NCBI GenBank assembly: GCA_049325595.1 | Contig: JBMOLF010000011.1 | Span: forward strand, 12,319-76,318 | Source: Candidatus Babelota bacterium | GTDB lineage: Bacteria; Babelota; Babeliae; Babelales; Vermiphilaceae | Length of the DNA: 64,000 nt | Direction: 5' to 3' | Part shown: positions 30,566-39,056 of the stretch, piece after piece | Layout: the number at the start of each line of letters is the position of its first letter | How positions within the stretch are numbered: the stretch's first letter is position 1 | Program-made: the position numbers and the translations under genes | The notes under the pieces: generated by a model | The model's input: the letters and a program-made list of their open reading frames with translations, nothing else | The model's database searches: none | What the model was told of the DNA's origin: nothing

Positions 30566-30597
30566 AAAAAAGCTCGCTTGGCACAGCGAGCTTTTTT
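30566..30597. terminator. Terminator (degenerate copy at 29262..29289)
   Basis: AAAAAAGCTCGCT/AGCGAGCTTTTTT perfect inverted repeat. Confidence 0.8.
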
Positions 30598-30618
30598 AAT
30601 AGAATCTATTTCTTTAAT

Positions 30619-31410
30619 TTAATTTTTAGAATCTGATGATTTCTTTGTACGCTCTTTAATCAAACTATCCATTTGTTTAAAAGTCTCAAGTATTCTGGAA
30701 GTATTGTTAATCATCATTTCTACCATACTTTCAAGAGACTCATTATTAGGATTTTGAGGGCCTACAAAATCAAGCGAAGCGCCCGCATCGAGTAATATTT
30801 TAAGCATTTCAATTGACTTTTCGTGATGCATACCAGCAAATGCAATAGTCAAAATCACTGGAGTTGTGCCTTGTTCATATTGTGCATTAACATCAGCACC
30901 CGCTTCAATCAATTCTTTCATTGTTGTGATATCAGCTAGTTGTATGGCTTCAAACAACTTTTGGTTAAGCTGCTCTTTTGGCATACGCTTTACCGAAACA
31001 GGACCTTGTGCAATTTCTTCAATCTTAGCTTTTAATGCTTCGGCATCTTTATAGCCAGCTGAGCGACCAAGTTCTTTGCCATCTTTAAATACAATAATAG
31101 TTGGCACACTCGTTACTTTATATTCTTTAACGCAGCTGTCTACTTCATCAAAATCAACTTTTACAAACTCATAGTTATCACCTAATTGAGCAGCAACTTC
31201 TTCAAAGATGGGGCCCATAAGCTTGCATGGTGAACACCAAGTTGCAAATACATCAACCACCACAATTTTTTTAGATTTTGCAATAGCCTGAATTAACGAA
31301 CTCTTATCTAACTTTTTAACAAGATGCGTATCTTTTTTTGCTGCTTCAATAGCAATGTTAGCAGAAAGCAAAATACCGCAGATAAGTGATATTTTTTTGA
31401 ATGTATTCAT
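30619..31410 (-). CDS. Secreted thioredoxin fused to ankyrin repeats
   Basis: Signal peptide; FATWCSPCK, SVPT; LIEAGADVNA..GTTPV..LLDAGA. Confidence 0.85.
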   Translation of the reverse strand: MNTFKKISLICGILLSANIAIEAAKKDTHLVKKLDKSSLIQAIAKSKKIVVVDVFATWCSPCKLMGPIFEEVAAQLGDNYEFVKVDFDEVDSCVKEYKVTSVPTIIVFKDGKELGRSAGYKDAEALKAKIEEIAQGPVSVKRMPKEQLNQKLFEAIQLADITTMKELIEAGADVNAQYEQGTTPVILTIAFAGMHHEKSIEMLKILLDAGASLDFVGPQNPNNESLESMVEMMINNTSRILETFKQMDSLIKERTKKSSDSKN

Positions 31411-31429
31411 GCAAATGCCTTTCAAGGTT

Positions 31430-31462
31430 AAAAAAAAGACCCGGCGTTTAAGCCAGGTCTTT
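31430..31462 (-). terminator. rpsF-rpsR terminator
   Basis: AAGACC-C-GGC/GCC-A-GGTCTT stem plus A-run. Confidence 0.75.
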
Positions 31463-31472
31463 ACTGATACTC

Positions 31473-31760
31473 TTAAAATTGAGCTGCTGAGTATGGAACA
31501 AGTGCCATAACACGCGCTTTTCTAATTTGTGCGGCTAACTCACGTTGGTGTTTGCTACAGTTACCAGAAATACGCGCCGCTAAAATTTTGCCACGCTCAG
31601 TTAGGAAATTTCTTAAGAAAGTAGCGTTTTTGTAATCAAGATACGCTGATTGGCCTTCTGCTCCGCAGAAACGGCAATGTTTTTCAGCACCAAAGCCTTG
31701 GCGGCGTTGTTTCTTTTTATACAAACGAGCACTGATTTTTAATTTAATTTTCTTAGTCAT
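31473..31760 (-). CDS. rpsR: 30S ribosomal protein S18 (Zn-binding C+ form)
   Basis: CRFC, DYKN..FL..F.TERGKI...R.SG.C.KHQR. Confidence 0.96.
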   Translation of the reverse strand: MTKKIKLKISARLYKKKQRRQGFGAEKHCRFCGAEGQSAYLDYKNATFLRNFLTERGKILAARISGNCSKHQRELAAQIRKARVMALVPYSAAQF

Positions 31761-31762
31761 GA

Positions 31763-32224
31763 TTACTCCTGAGTTTCGTCGTCGCTATCTTCTTCATCTT
31801 CGCTTGCCATAGAACCAGCCATGTCTGATGAGCCATAGTCACCACGCTCTCTTCTACCAAATGGAGAAGCTTCACGCGCAGGGGCTTCTTCAAGAGACTG
31901 AGGACGCTCATAAGCAAGTGAGCCTTTAGGATCAAGAACACTGATCATGCTACGCATAACAAGGTCGTGCAACTTAACATCAAGAAGATTTTTAACTTCG
32001 CTTACTAATGGATTAGCTTGTTCAGCTTCAAATCTTACTAAGAAGTAAACACCGTAATCGTTCTTTTTCACTGGATAAGAAAGCTTATACTTACCCCAAC
32101 GCTCAAAAGAAATTGTTTTAGCTTTATTGTCCGCCATTACACGATCAAAATGATTTTCGATAGTTTTGATCTCATCGGCGGTAATTTCTGGAACTGTAAG
32201 CAATAATGCTTCGTAACGAACCAT
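31763..32224 (-). CDS. rpsF: 30S ribosomal protein S6 with acidic tail
   Basis: YEALLL, WGKYKLSYPVKK..G.Y, upstream of rpsR. Confidence 0.95.
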   Translation of the reverse strand: MVRYEALLLTVPEITADEIKTIENHFDRVMADNKAKTISFERWGKYKLSYPVKKNDYGVYFLVRFEAEQANPLVSEVKNLLDVKLHDLVMRSMISVLDPKGSLAYERPQSLEEAPAREASPFGRRERGDYGSSDMAGSMASEDEEDSDDETQE

Positions 32225-32238
32225 GAATTACTCCTGTA

Positions 32239-32316
32239 CTAAGTGGAAGTGTTAGACACTATAAAGCCCCCCATGGGCTTTATTTAGTTGTGGGGGTTTT
32301 TGCACACCCTACTTAG
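32239..32316 (-). promoter_or_regulatory. Structured 5' leader of rpsF-rpsR (candidate autoregulatory RNA)
   Basis: Inner stem ATAAAGCCC/GGGCTTTAT (32261-32283) nested in outer stem CTAAGT/ACTTAG, ending just before the AGGAG RBS. Confidence 0.5.
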
Positions 32317-32426
32317 CTAAAAGTACCATAAATATAGGATTTTTCTAGTAGTAGACCGTTCTACTTTTTTAGCTTTATACATAAGAAAAGCATAACCTTA
32401 CAGACCTGTTTTCTTATTGAAATAAT

Positions 32427-32909
32427 TTATTGTGAAGCATATTCTTGAGCTTTTAGCTCAAGGGTAAGGTTTTTATAGGATAAAGGCATATACATTTCGC
32501 TAAAATGAGATAAAAAGAATTGCTCATAAAACAATGCAAACTGTTTCCAAGCAAATTTATTATTAACTGTCTTGCTTGCTATTGCCATAAACTCTTGATC
32601 AAACTGATCGTAATAGCTACTAAACATAGCTTTCTTATATTCATCAAGAGGAACATGGGCCTTTAAAGATAAATAATTCTGCAATTTTAAATCGCTAGAG
32701 CCATTAAAGATATTTTCAAAAACCTGAGAAGGAAGCAGCGATTGCTTAACATCAATTTTCAACTCAGATATAATCTTAAAACTTGCGTCAGCTGCTCGAT
32801 ACAATGTTTTTATATCTTGCAAACATCTATTTTTTGAATTGCGATAACGCTCAGATGCTTGCATGTCTATACAGCCAAAAAACAAAATGCCTAAATAAAT
32901 TTTTTTCAT
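32427..32909 (-). CDS. Hypothetical secreted protein
   Basis: Start MKKIYL; signal peptide MQA-SE. Confidence 0.65.
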   Translation of the reverse strand: MKKIYLGILFFGCIDMQASERYRNSKNRCLQDIKTLYRAADASFKIISELKIDVKQSLLPSQVFENIFNGSSDLKLQNYLSLKAHVPLDEYKKAMFSSYYDQFDQEFMAIASKTVNNKFAWKQFALFYEQFFLSHFSEMYMPLSYKNLTLELKAQEYASQ

Positions 32910-32959
32910 TGTTGCCTTAAAATCCATGTTTTAAATGAGCTTCTTACTATACCAGAAAG

Positions 32960-33553
32960 TTACTTCTTTACATCAAAAATAGTTTTTCGAGCCTGAAGCA
33001 AATATTTTATGTGCTTCAAGCCTTGCCAAACAAAATAGCCATCTGATTTTAAACCAGCTTCTGTCGCCATTGGAATTAGGTTAAGTAAATTAAGCATACT
33101 TATTATAAAAGACCCACTGGTCGCATTTGAGATAGAGCCATTGATAATCTTATTTAACAATAATCCACAAATAGTACCACTAAGAGGGCCCAACGCAGCC
33201 AATGCCATATTTTTTGTTGTCTTAATTATTTCTTCTTTTTTTGTAGCAGAAGGTTTTTGAGCAATCCCAGGAACGGCTGCAAAAATAGGTAATCCATGAA
33301 AATGAAATGGACCAACATTCAATAAAGCTTCATTTTCGTTGACACTAACATTTGGTACGTGATCAAAATGAATATTTATAGGCTCATTAAAAAACAATTT
33401 GCCGGCAATAGCATGCCCCATTTCATGGGTAACAAGTACGGTTAACCAAGATGTAGCAAAAACTCCAAATGACTTTGACCATTTCAAAGTTGAATCCATA
33501 GGATGGGCAAAAGAAGGTAAGGCTAGAAGCAAGAATAACGCTTTTAATTTCAT
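32960..33553 (-). CDS. Minimal M50 (site-2 protease-like) metalloprotease with signal peptide
   Basis: THEMGH, ALGPLSG, NLIP....SDG. Confidence 0.82.
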   Translation of the reverse strand: MKLKALFLLLALPSFAHPMDSTLKWSKSFGVFATSWLTVLVTHEMGHAIAGKLFFNEPINIHFDHVPNVSVNENEALLNVGPFHFHGLPIFAAVPGIAQKPSATKKEEIIKTTKNMALAALGPLSGTICGLLLNKIINGSISNATSGSFIISMLNLLNLIPMATEAGLKSDGYFVWQGLKHIKYLLQARKTIFDVKK

Positions 33554-33634
33554 AGTAAAACCTCCATTTTTCTATTCAATTATAAGCTTATCAGAATAAT
33601 TAAAAATTTCAATTAGAAAAATATAAAAATGAAT

Positions 33635-33663
33635 AAAAAAAGAGGCTTTTTTAAGGCCTCTTT
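33635..33663 (-). terminator. Terminator of the XRE regulator gene
   Basis: AAAGAGGC/GCCTCTTT stem with A-run. Confidence 0.75.
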
Positions 33664-33680
33664 AATTTTTTTCTTATAGC

Positions 33681-34358
33681 TTACGCTAAGCGTTGGTGAC
33701 GTTGAATAACGCGACCAATGATTCTGAAGTGGTCTTTGCCACGAACAAGCGCTATTGGCGGTTGTTTATGGTTTACTGATTCTAATACGATAAAGTCATC
33801 AGTATAGGTTACTTGCATAATCGCACGCACTGGGGTGTCATTACCATACTCAACTGCTGCGATATCACCTGAACGAGTCCACACTTCTGGAGAAATGATT
33901 AAATAATCACCTTTTACAAAAGTAGGCGCCATCAAGTTATGATCGATGCAAAGAGAGAACATTGAGGTATCGGTTGTGTTTAAAATAGGAATAAACACAT
34001 CTTTGTACCCGGTTGTTACTTGCATTAATTGGTTGTTGTATGGAGATGGATTTGCAGGAATGTCACCTAAAACTGGGACAATTTGCACTTTGAGTTGTAC
34101 GTCAGTTTGCTCAGGCAAGCTTACGTTACTATCAATGTTATCGGTACGTTTACGACGTTGTGCAAAAAGATCGATCGGGCTTACTTCAAACGCATTTGCA
34201 AGCTTGCGCAATGAATCTTCATTCCAGCGACGGGTACCGTTTTTAATGTGAGTTAAATAGCTTTCAGACATACCGGTTTTTTCTGCTAAAACCTTGGTGG
34301 TCCACCCTTTTTCTCTTAAGAGTTCTTTAACTCGGAGTTCAGTTGAACGAGAAATCAT
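33681..34358 (-). CDS. XRE-HTH plus degenerate S24 (LexA/CI-like) transcriptional regulator
   Basis: LAEKTGMSESYLTHIKNG HTH; VPVLGDIPA; MAPTFVKGDYLII; LESVN; IIGRV. Confidence 0.85.
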   Translation of the reverse strand: MISRSTELRVKELLREKGWTTKVLAEKTGMSESYLTHIKNGTRRWNEDSLRKLANAFEVSPIDLFAQRRKRTDNIDSNVSLPEQTDVQLKVQIVPVLGDIPANPSPYNNQLMQVTTGYKDVFIPILNTTDTSMFSLCIDHNLMAPTFVKGDYLIISPEVWTRSGDIAAVEYGNDTPVRAIMQVTYTDDFIVLESVNHKQPPIALVRGKDHFRIIGRVIQRHQRLA

Positions 34359-34421
34359 GATATACTCCTCCTATTACCATGAAAATAAGTAAATAAGATT
34401 ATAAAATACTGCTTATTTCAA

Positions 34422-34449
34422 ATTGTACACGAATTCTCACTCTTGTCAA
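34422..34449 (-). promoter_or_regulatory. Sigma70-type promoter of the XRE regulator
   Basis: TTGACA-N16-TACAAT with TG immediately before the -10. Confidence 0.7.
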
Positions 34450-34459
34450 ACTGAAAAGA

Positions 34460-35182
34460 TTGCCAATGACAATAATTATACAGGCATCACGCATAAAACA
34501 ACGTTTCAAAAAGAATTATTTTGAACAAGAAGCTTGGGCTCAAAATAGGGTAGTATGCGGCATTGATGAGGTAGGTAGAGGCCCACTAGCAGGCCCCGTT
34601 GTAACGGCGGCAGTAATTTTACCAAAAAATAAAATTAGCCCTTTAATTAAGGATTCTAAAATCCTCACACCCGAAGAGCGCCTTAAGGCTTATGCATGGA
34701 TTACCAAGCACTGTTGGTACTCAATTGGCATGGCCCACCATAGAATAATTGACCAACAGAATATATTTCACGCAACACTAATTGCAATGAAAAAGGCACT
34801 TGTTAACATATTGGCAATTTGTCCTGAACGTCCAAGCTCTATTTTAATAGATGCCATGCCACTTAAAATTCATGACACGGCTTATGCAGACATTCCCGTA
34901 AATTATTTTCCTTTTGGCGAGAGCAAATCAACCTCAATTGCAGCTGCTTCTATTGTTGCAAAAGTTCGCCGCGATATGTTGATGGAGCGTATGGATACTA
35001 TTTTTACCGGATACCATATGGGCCAACATAAAGGCTATCGCACCCCGCAACATAAAAAAGCGGTGGAAATGGGCCAAAAGCCCTTAATTATTCACCGTAT
35101 GAGTTTTGTTAACCGCTTAGCAGAATATGCAGCCGCAGGTGTTACCGAGGATGAGTCACATGACCAACAAACCTTGTGCTGA
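34460..35182 (+). CDS. rnhB: Ribonuclease HII
   Basis: GIDEVGRGPLAGPV, KDSK, IAAASIVAKVRRD, HKGY, HRMSF. Confidence 0.97.
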   Translation: MPMTIIIQASRIKQRFKKNYFEQEAWAQNRVVCGIDEVGRGPLAGPVVTAAVILPKNKISPLIKDSKILTPEERLKAYAWITKHCWYSIGMAHHRIIDQQNIFHATLIAMKKALVNILAICPERPSSILIDAMPLKIHDTAYADIPVNYFPFGESKSTSIAAASIVAKVRRDMLMERMDTIFTGYHMGQHKGYRTPQHKKAVEMGQKPLIIHRMSFVNRLAEYAAAGVTEDESHDQQTLC

Positions 35183-35753
35183 AATTATTGAAAGCTCTTT
35201 AACTGAATGGCTCGCTCAAAGCTGGCAATGGAATCAATTTCCTTCCTTTGGTTCTTTGATTACTATTCAAACAAAAAAAAGAACACTGTTTGGCATTGTT
35301 CATCATATTCAAACAGGATCCATGGACCCCGGCAGATACCCTTTCCCTTATCAAAAAACACATGAAGAACTTATGGTAGAGCAACCGCAGATATTTGAGT
35401 TTTTAAAGACTACTTTTTCGTCGCTGGTGCTTGGCTATCAAGAAAAAGGGAAAATTTATTACCAATGGCCACCTGAGCCACCATTGATTCACTCATTTGT
35501 CAGCAATGCATCGCCTGAACTTGAACGTGAATTTTTTAGTTCAGCTGCCTACCTTGCTTTATTATTTGGTCATGCCAATAAAATTACTAATTTAGACGAA
35601 TTATTGCTGGCTATTATCAAAAAACAAGCAGCAAACAATAATCTTAATGAAGAAAAATTAGCTCGCATTATTCAAGATTACTCCTTGCTAACCGGTAATG
35701 ATTATCGAAGACTTAAGCTTTTTGCACAGCGTGCGCAGCAAATCATCCAATAA
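35160..35753 (+). CDS. Stand-alone HAS-barrel domain protein
   Basis: AEIIESS..WLAQ..P.FGS...EEL..EQPQIF..LKT.F...LGY...P..PP.IH pattern of the HerA-associated HAS barrel. Confidence 0.75.
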   Translation: MTNKPCAEIIESSLTEWLAQSWQWNQFPSFGSLITIQTKKRTLFGIVHHIQTGSMDPGRYPFPYQKTHEELMVEQPQIFEFLKTTFSSLVLGYQEKGKIYYQWPPEPPLIHSFVSNASPELEREFFSSAAYLALLFGHANKITNLDELLLAIIKKQAANNNLNEEKLARIIQDYSLLTGNDYRRLKLFAQRAQQIIQ

Positions 35754-35782
35754 AATTCTATTAGAAGGTTATTAAAATTTTA

Positions 35783-35810
35783 TTGAAACTTAATTATTTT
35801 AATTTAAAAT
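35783..35810 (+). promoter_or_regulatory. Sigma70-type promoter
   Basis: TTGAAA-N16-TAAAAT upstream of the 35835 gene. Confidence 0.5.
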
Positions 35811-35834
35811 AATACATTATTTCTTATGATCTAA

Positions 35835-36401
35835 ATGGGGTTCTCAATGCGCATATCCGTTAAAATTCTTTCAGTTTTGTTTTTTATTGCATTTTTTGGG
35901 CAAGCTCAAGCTTCGGTGAGTGCTGTTATGGCAAAAATAACTTCACTCTATACCAATATATTGTGCCATGAATTAGGCCATGCAACAGTTAACAAAATAT
36001 TATTTAATGATCCTATAGATATGCAGGCAGGTATTTTTACCCCTGTTACATTAGTTAATAATTCTGCAGCAAAAATTAAACTAGGATTGCTTCCAATAAG
36101 TGGATTCGCTAAAGTTCATCCACAACCATTAAAAACAAAAGCAGAAAAGCTTAAAATGCTCGCCGTCATTTTAGCTGGACCATTAAGCGGATCATTGAGT
36201 TCATTAATTCTTAAGAATTTTATTGAAACATGTTTACCGATGACTAAATTCACTAAAGAATTGGTGTTAGAATTTAAACTTTTAACAATTGGAAGCTGGA
36301 TCGAATTTCTGCCCATCAAGCTGAGCTTTATTAAAACTGATGGATGGCAAGCAATTAAACTAATTTTTTCATTAATGGAGAATAAAGAAGTAACTCTGTA
36401 A
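35835..36401 (+). CDS. Minimal M50 metalloprotease with signal peptide
   Basis: CHELGH, LAGPLSG, EFLP....TDG. Confidence 0.8.
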   Translation: MGFSMRISVKILSVLFFIAFFGQAQASVSAVMAKITSLYTNILCHELGHATVNKILFNDPIDMQAGIFTPVTLVNNSAAKIKLGLLPISGFAKVHPQPLKTKAEKLKMLAVILAGPLSGSLSSLILKNFIETCLPMTKFTKELVLEFKLLTIGSWIEFLPIKLSFIKTDGWQAIKLIFSLMENKEVTL

Positions 36402-36456
36402 CTCTTTTTATTAGACATAATCGTTAATAATTTTTTCTGTAGATGGATTTTAATCG

Positions 36457-37458
36457 ATGAGATATATAAATTTTTTATCAGTTGTTGGTATAATTTTGTT
36501 TTTTAAAATTTCTGCTATGCCATCCCCACTAGAAACGTGGGAAGAGGCAAAACAATTTGAATCTTCAAAAATTGTGCAAGAGATTGGCTACAAGCTAGAA
36601 GATAATGAAATTCGCAATCATATTTATGATATTCATAAAAAAGCACCTAACATATATAGCTATTTTTGCAAAAAAATTGAAAAAAAACGTAATCAAACCC
36701 AAGCAAAACTAGGCATAGATCTACAAAAAATTATTGATGATTTTGGCGTAGATGAATTTAAAAATAACTTAGCAAACATAAAAAAAATGCCTGCATTTGA
36801 TAGCAAAAAAAGTATAGAACTTGTCGGAATTGAAGCATTTCCTCATTCAATTCAACAATCAGTTCGAGCATTTGTAGAAGACCATAAAAATAGCTTGCCT
36901 CCAAAAATTACTTTTGTACCATATAATCGATATACGGCTCAATATCAAAATAACGATGGAATTATAACTGCACCAACAACCGATGATGAATTGATAACTA
37001 AACTTTCTTTGAATCATGAATTGGGACATCTTTGCGATAAACAACTCCAGATTGTCGACGAGCTAGGTGCTTTATACAACACTATAGCACTGCAGTATGC
37101 AGATGAGCAATATAAAAATCAAAAGAAAAATAAGGCCGTATCTGCCTGGCTAGGTTCTTTAGATCAATTTCACAACAAATACAAATGCTCTGGATCCTTT
37201 GAAAAAATTCGTCATGCACGAGAGTTATTAGCCGATGCTTTAGCAACCCATAATAATGAAAAATTATGTAAAATAGGTTTTATTGACTACAACAAAACAA
37301 ATCATCCGGCCAGTAATTATTCTGATAGCTACTCTCATCCCAGCTTGGCTGTAAGAGCACATCAAATGGCTACTTTACATCGCTATTACAAAATTGAACA
37401 AAAAATGTGCAAAGAATATGGACTAATGGGCTACCAACACGGCAACTTGTTTAGTTAA
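36457..37458 (+). CDS. Secreted M48-like zinc metalloprotease
   Basis: NHELGH, RELLAD, SHPSLAVR. Confidence 0.75.
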   Translation: MRYINFLSVVGIILFFKISAMPSPLETWEEAKQFESSKIVQEIGYKLEDNEIRNHIYDIHKKAPNIYSYFCKKIEKKRNQTQAKLGIDLQKIIDDFGVDEFKNNLANIKKMPAFDSKKSIELVGIEAFPHSIQQSVRAFVEDHKNSLPPKITFVPYNRYTAQYQNNDGIITAPTTDDELITKLSLNHELGHLCDKQLQIVDELGALYNTIALQYADEQYKNQKKNKAVSAWLGSLDQFHNKYKCSGSFEKIRHARELLADALATHNNEKLCKIGFIDYNKTNHPASNYSDSYSHPSLAVRAHQMATLHRYYKIEQKMCKEYGLMGYQHGNLFS

Positions 37459-37634
37459 GATGCGACAACCCCATTGACGCAATACGATTTTTGCAATCGC
37501 TGGATCCAAAGAACAATCTGTTCTTGTAATTATGTTACACAATGGGATTATAAATAGATTAATCACAAAAAAACAGATAATATCCCCCCCCAAATTTTAG
37601 CCCCATAAGTTCCATCCCGCCCGTAGTATAGTAA

Positions 37635-37662
37635 TTGACAAATAGAATATTTAAACTACAAT
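37635..37662 (+). promoter_or_regulatory. Sigma70-type promoter
   Basis: TTGACA-N16-TACAAT upstream of AAGGAGG RBS and the 37694 gene. Confidence 0.7.
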
Positions 37663-37693
37663 TAGAAATAGAGGTTATTAAAAGGAGGAACCT

Positions 37694-38254
37694 ATGAAAT
37701 TTAAATTAATATTCAAAAAATTAATATTTTTATCGACACTGTTTATCGCATGTTCAACAAAGCCTATGCAAAACAAGCCAAGCTCACTTCTAAGAACAGC
37801 TGTGGACTTTTCCGCTTCATGTTTAGTAACCGGACTTTGTCACGAGCTGGGACACGCAATACCTGCTCAATTATTTTTTAATAATGTTGCTGGCATACGC
37901 ATTGGGCAAGGACCCAGTATTAAATTTAACATTGCCAAATTTTTCTTAGAAATAGGACTATACCCATTTTTGGACGGTCAAACGGTATTTACAACGCCAA
38001 ACTTTGCAACAAACACCAAAGCAGATTTATTTAAACTATTAATTACAGTTGCAGCAGGTCCTATATCAGGAGCAGCTTCATGCTACGGGCTATTTAAAGC
38101 TCTTAAAAATAATTACATACAAAGTAATCCCACTATGGGAAATTGTTTAAGGGCTACATTTTTGTTGCATCTCATAAACTTTCTACCTGGTGAAGGATTT
38201 GATGGAAGTAAAATTTTACAAACATTATTCCTACTAATCAGACATAAGAAATAA
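37694..38254 (+). CDS. Minimal M50 metalloprotease with signal peptide
   Basis: CHELGH, AAGPISG, NFLPGEGFDG. Confidence 0.82.
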   Translation: MKFKLIFKKLIFLSTLFIACSTKPMQNKPSSLLRTAVDFSASCLVTGLCHELGHAIPAQLFFNNVAGIRIGQGPSIKFNIAKFFLEIGLYPFLDGQTVFTTPNFATNTKADLFKLLITVAAGPISGAASCYGLFKALKNNYIQSNPTMGNCLRATFLLHLINFLPGEGFDGSKILQTLFLLIRHKK

Positions 38255-38305
38255 TTATATTTGGGCATCAACTAAACCTAAAGAATTTTTATGGAGGTTA
38301 AATTT

Positions 38306-38887
38306 ATGAAATTAAAAAATTTATTTTTTTTTGGGGTAATTATTTCTTTAATCACCCCCGCCATAGATGCTGGTGAAACAAAACCCCAGTCTAAATGGCT
38401 AAATATGAAGAACTTTTTTAAACACATTGTTGCTCCATCTATTCTTGGATCATACTTTTCAAGCATGTGTCACGAGCTTGGTCATGCAGCAATAGAGCAA
38501 TTATTTTTCAAAGATGTGAATCTAATCGCGATTGGTAATGGACCAGGCATATATTACAATAGTCCACGTTTTACCGCTGGAATTGGCTTAATACCTTGGG
38601 GTGGTTTAATGGGATATATTTCTTCTGAAATTCCGAACAAAAAATCAGATATATTAAAAAAAATAGCCATGGTTATTGCCGGACCAATTAGTGGCATGGT
38701 TGGATTACAGTTGTTTTTTAAGTATTTAAAAAAATACCATTTTTCTGATTCTGAATATCCCTGTGCTGATTTTATGAACATTTTTATGACATTACACGAA
38801 GCAATCAATCTGCTTCCAATCAAAGATCAAAAAACAGATGGAGCAATAATAGCCCAGCTACTTTCAGCTTTGGTTAATAAAAAATAA
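38306..38887 (+). CDS. Minimal M50 metalloprotease with signal peptide
   Basis: GGAGG RBS then MKLKN; CHELGH, IAGPISG, NLLP....TDG. Confidence 0.82.
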   Translation: MKLKNLFFFGVIISLITPAIDAGETKPQSKWLNMKNFFKHIVAPSILGSYFSSMCHELGHAAIEQLFFKDVNLIAIGNGPGIYYNSPRFTAGIGLIPWGGLMGYISSEIPNKKSDILKKIAMVIAGPISGMVGLQLFFKYLKKYHFSDSEYPCADFMNIFMTLHEAINLLPIKDQKTDGAIIAQLLSALVNKK

Positions 38888-38912
38888 TAATTTATTTGAA
38901 GATAATTAAATC

Positions 38913-38981
38913 ATGCAACAAGATTATTTGTGCAAAGAATATGGGCTGATGAGCTACCAACACGGCAATCTTTTTAATTAG
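38913..38981 (+). repeat. Diverged copy of the 3' end of the M48-like gene, forming a 22-codon mini-ORF
   Basis: MQQDYLCKEYGLMSYQHGNLFN* vs ...KMCKEYGLMGYQHGNLFS* (37405-37458). Confidence 0.75.
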
Positions 38982-39056
38982 CCATTGCGCGAAAAATGAC
39001 AAAAAAAACTATTATTATATATTTATTAAAAACAGGTCTTTAATATACGGTATTTC

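Noticed and set aside
33681..34358. Prophage repressor marking a prophage
   Set aside because: No integrase, structural or replication phage genes nearby; flanked by rnhB and ribosomal genes
37470..37546. tRNA gene
   Set aside because: Loops are 3-5 nt, with no T-loop consensus or CCA; kept only as a structured element
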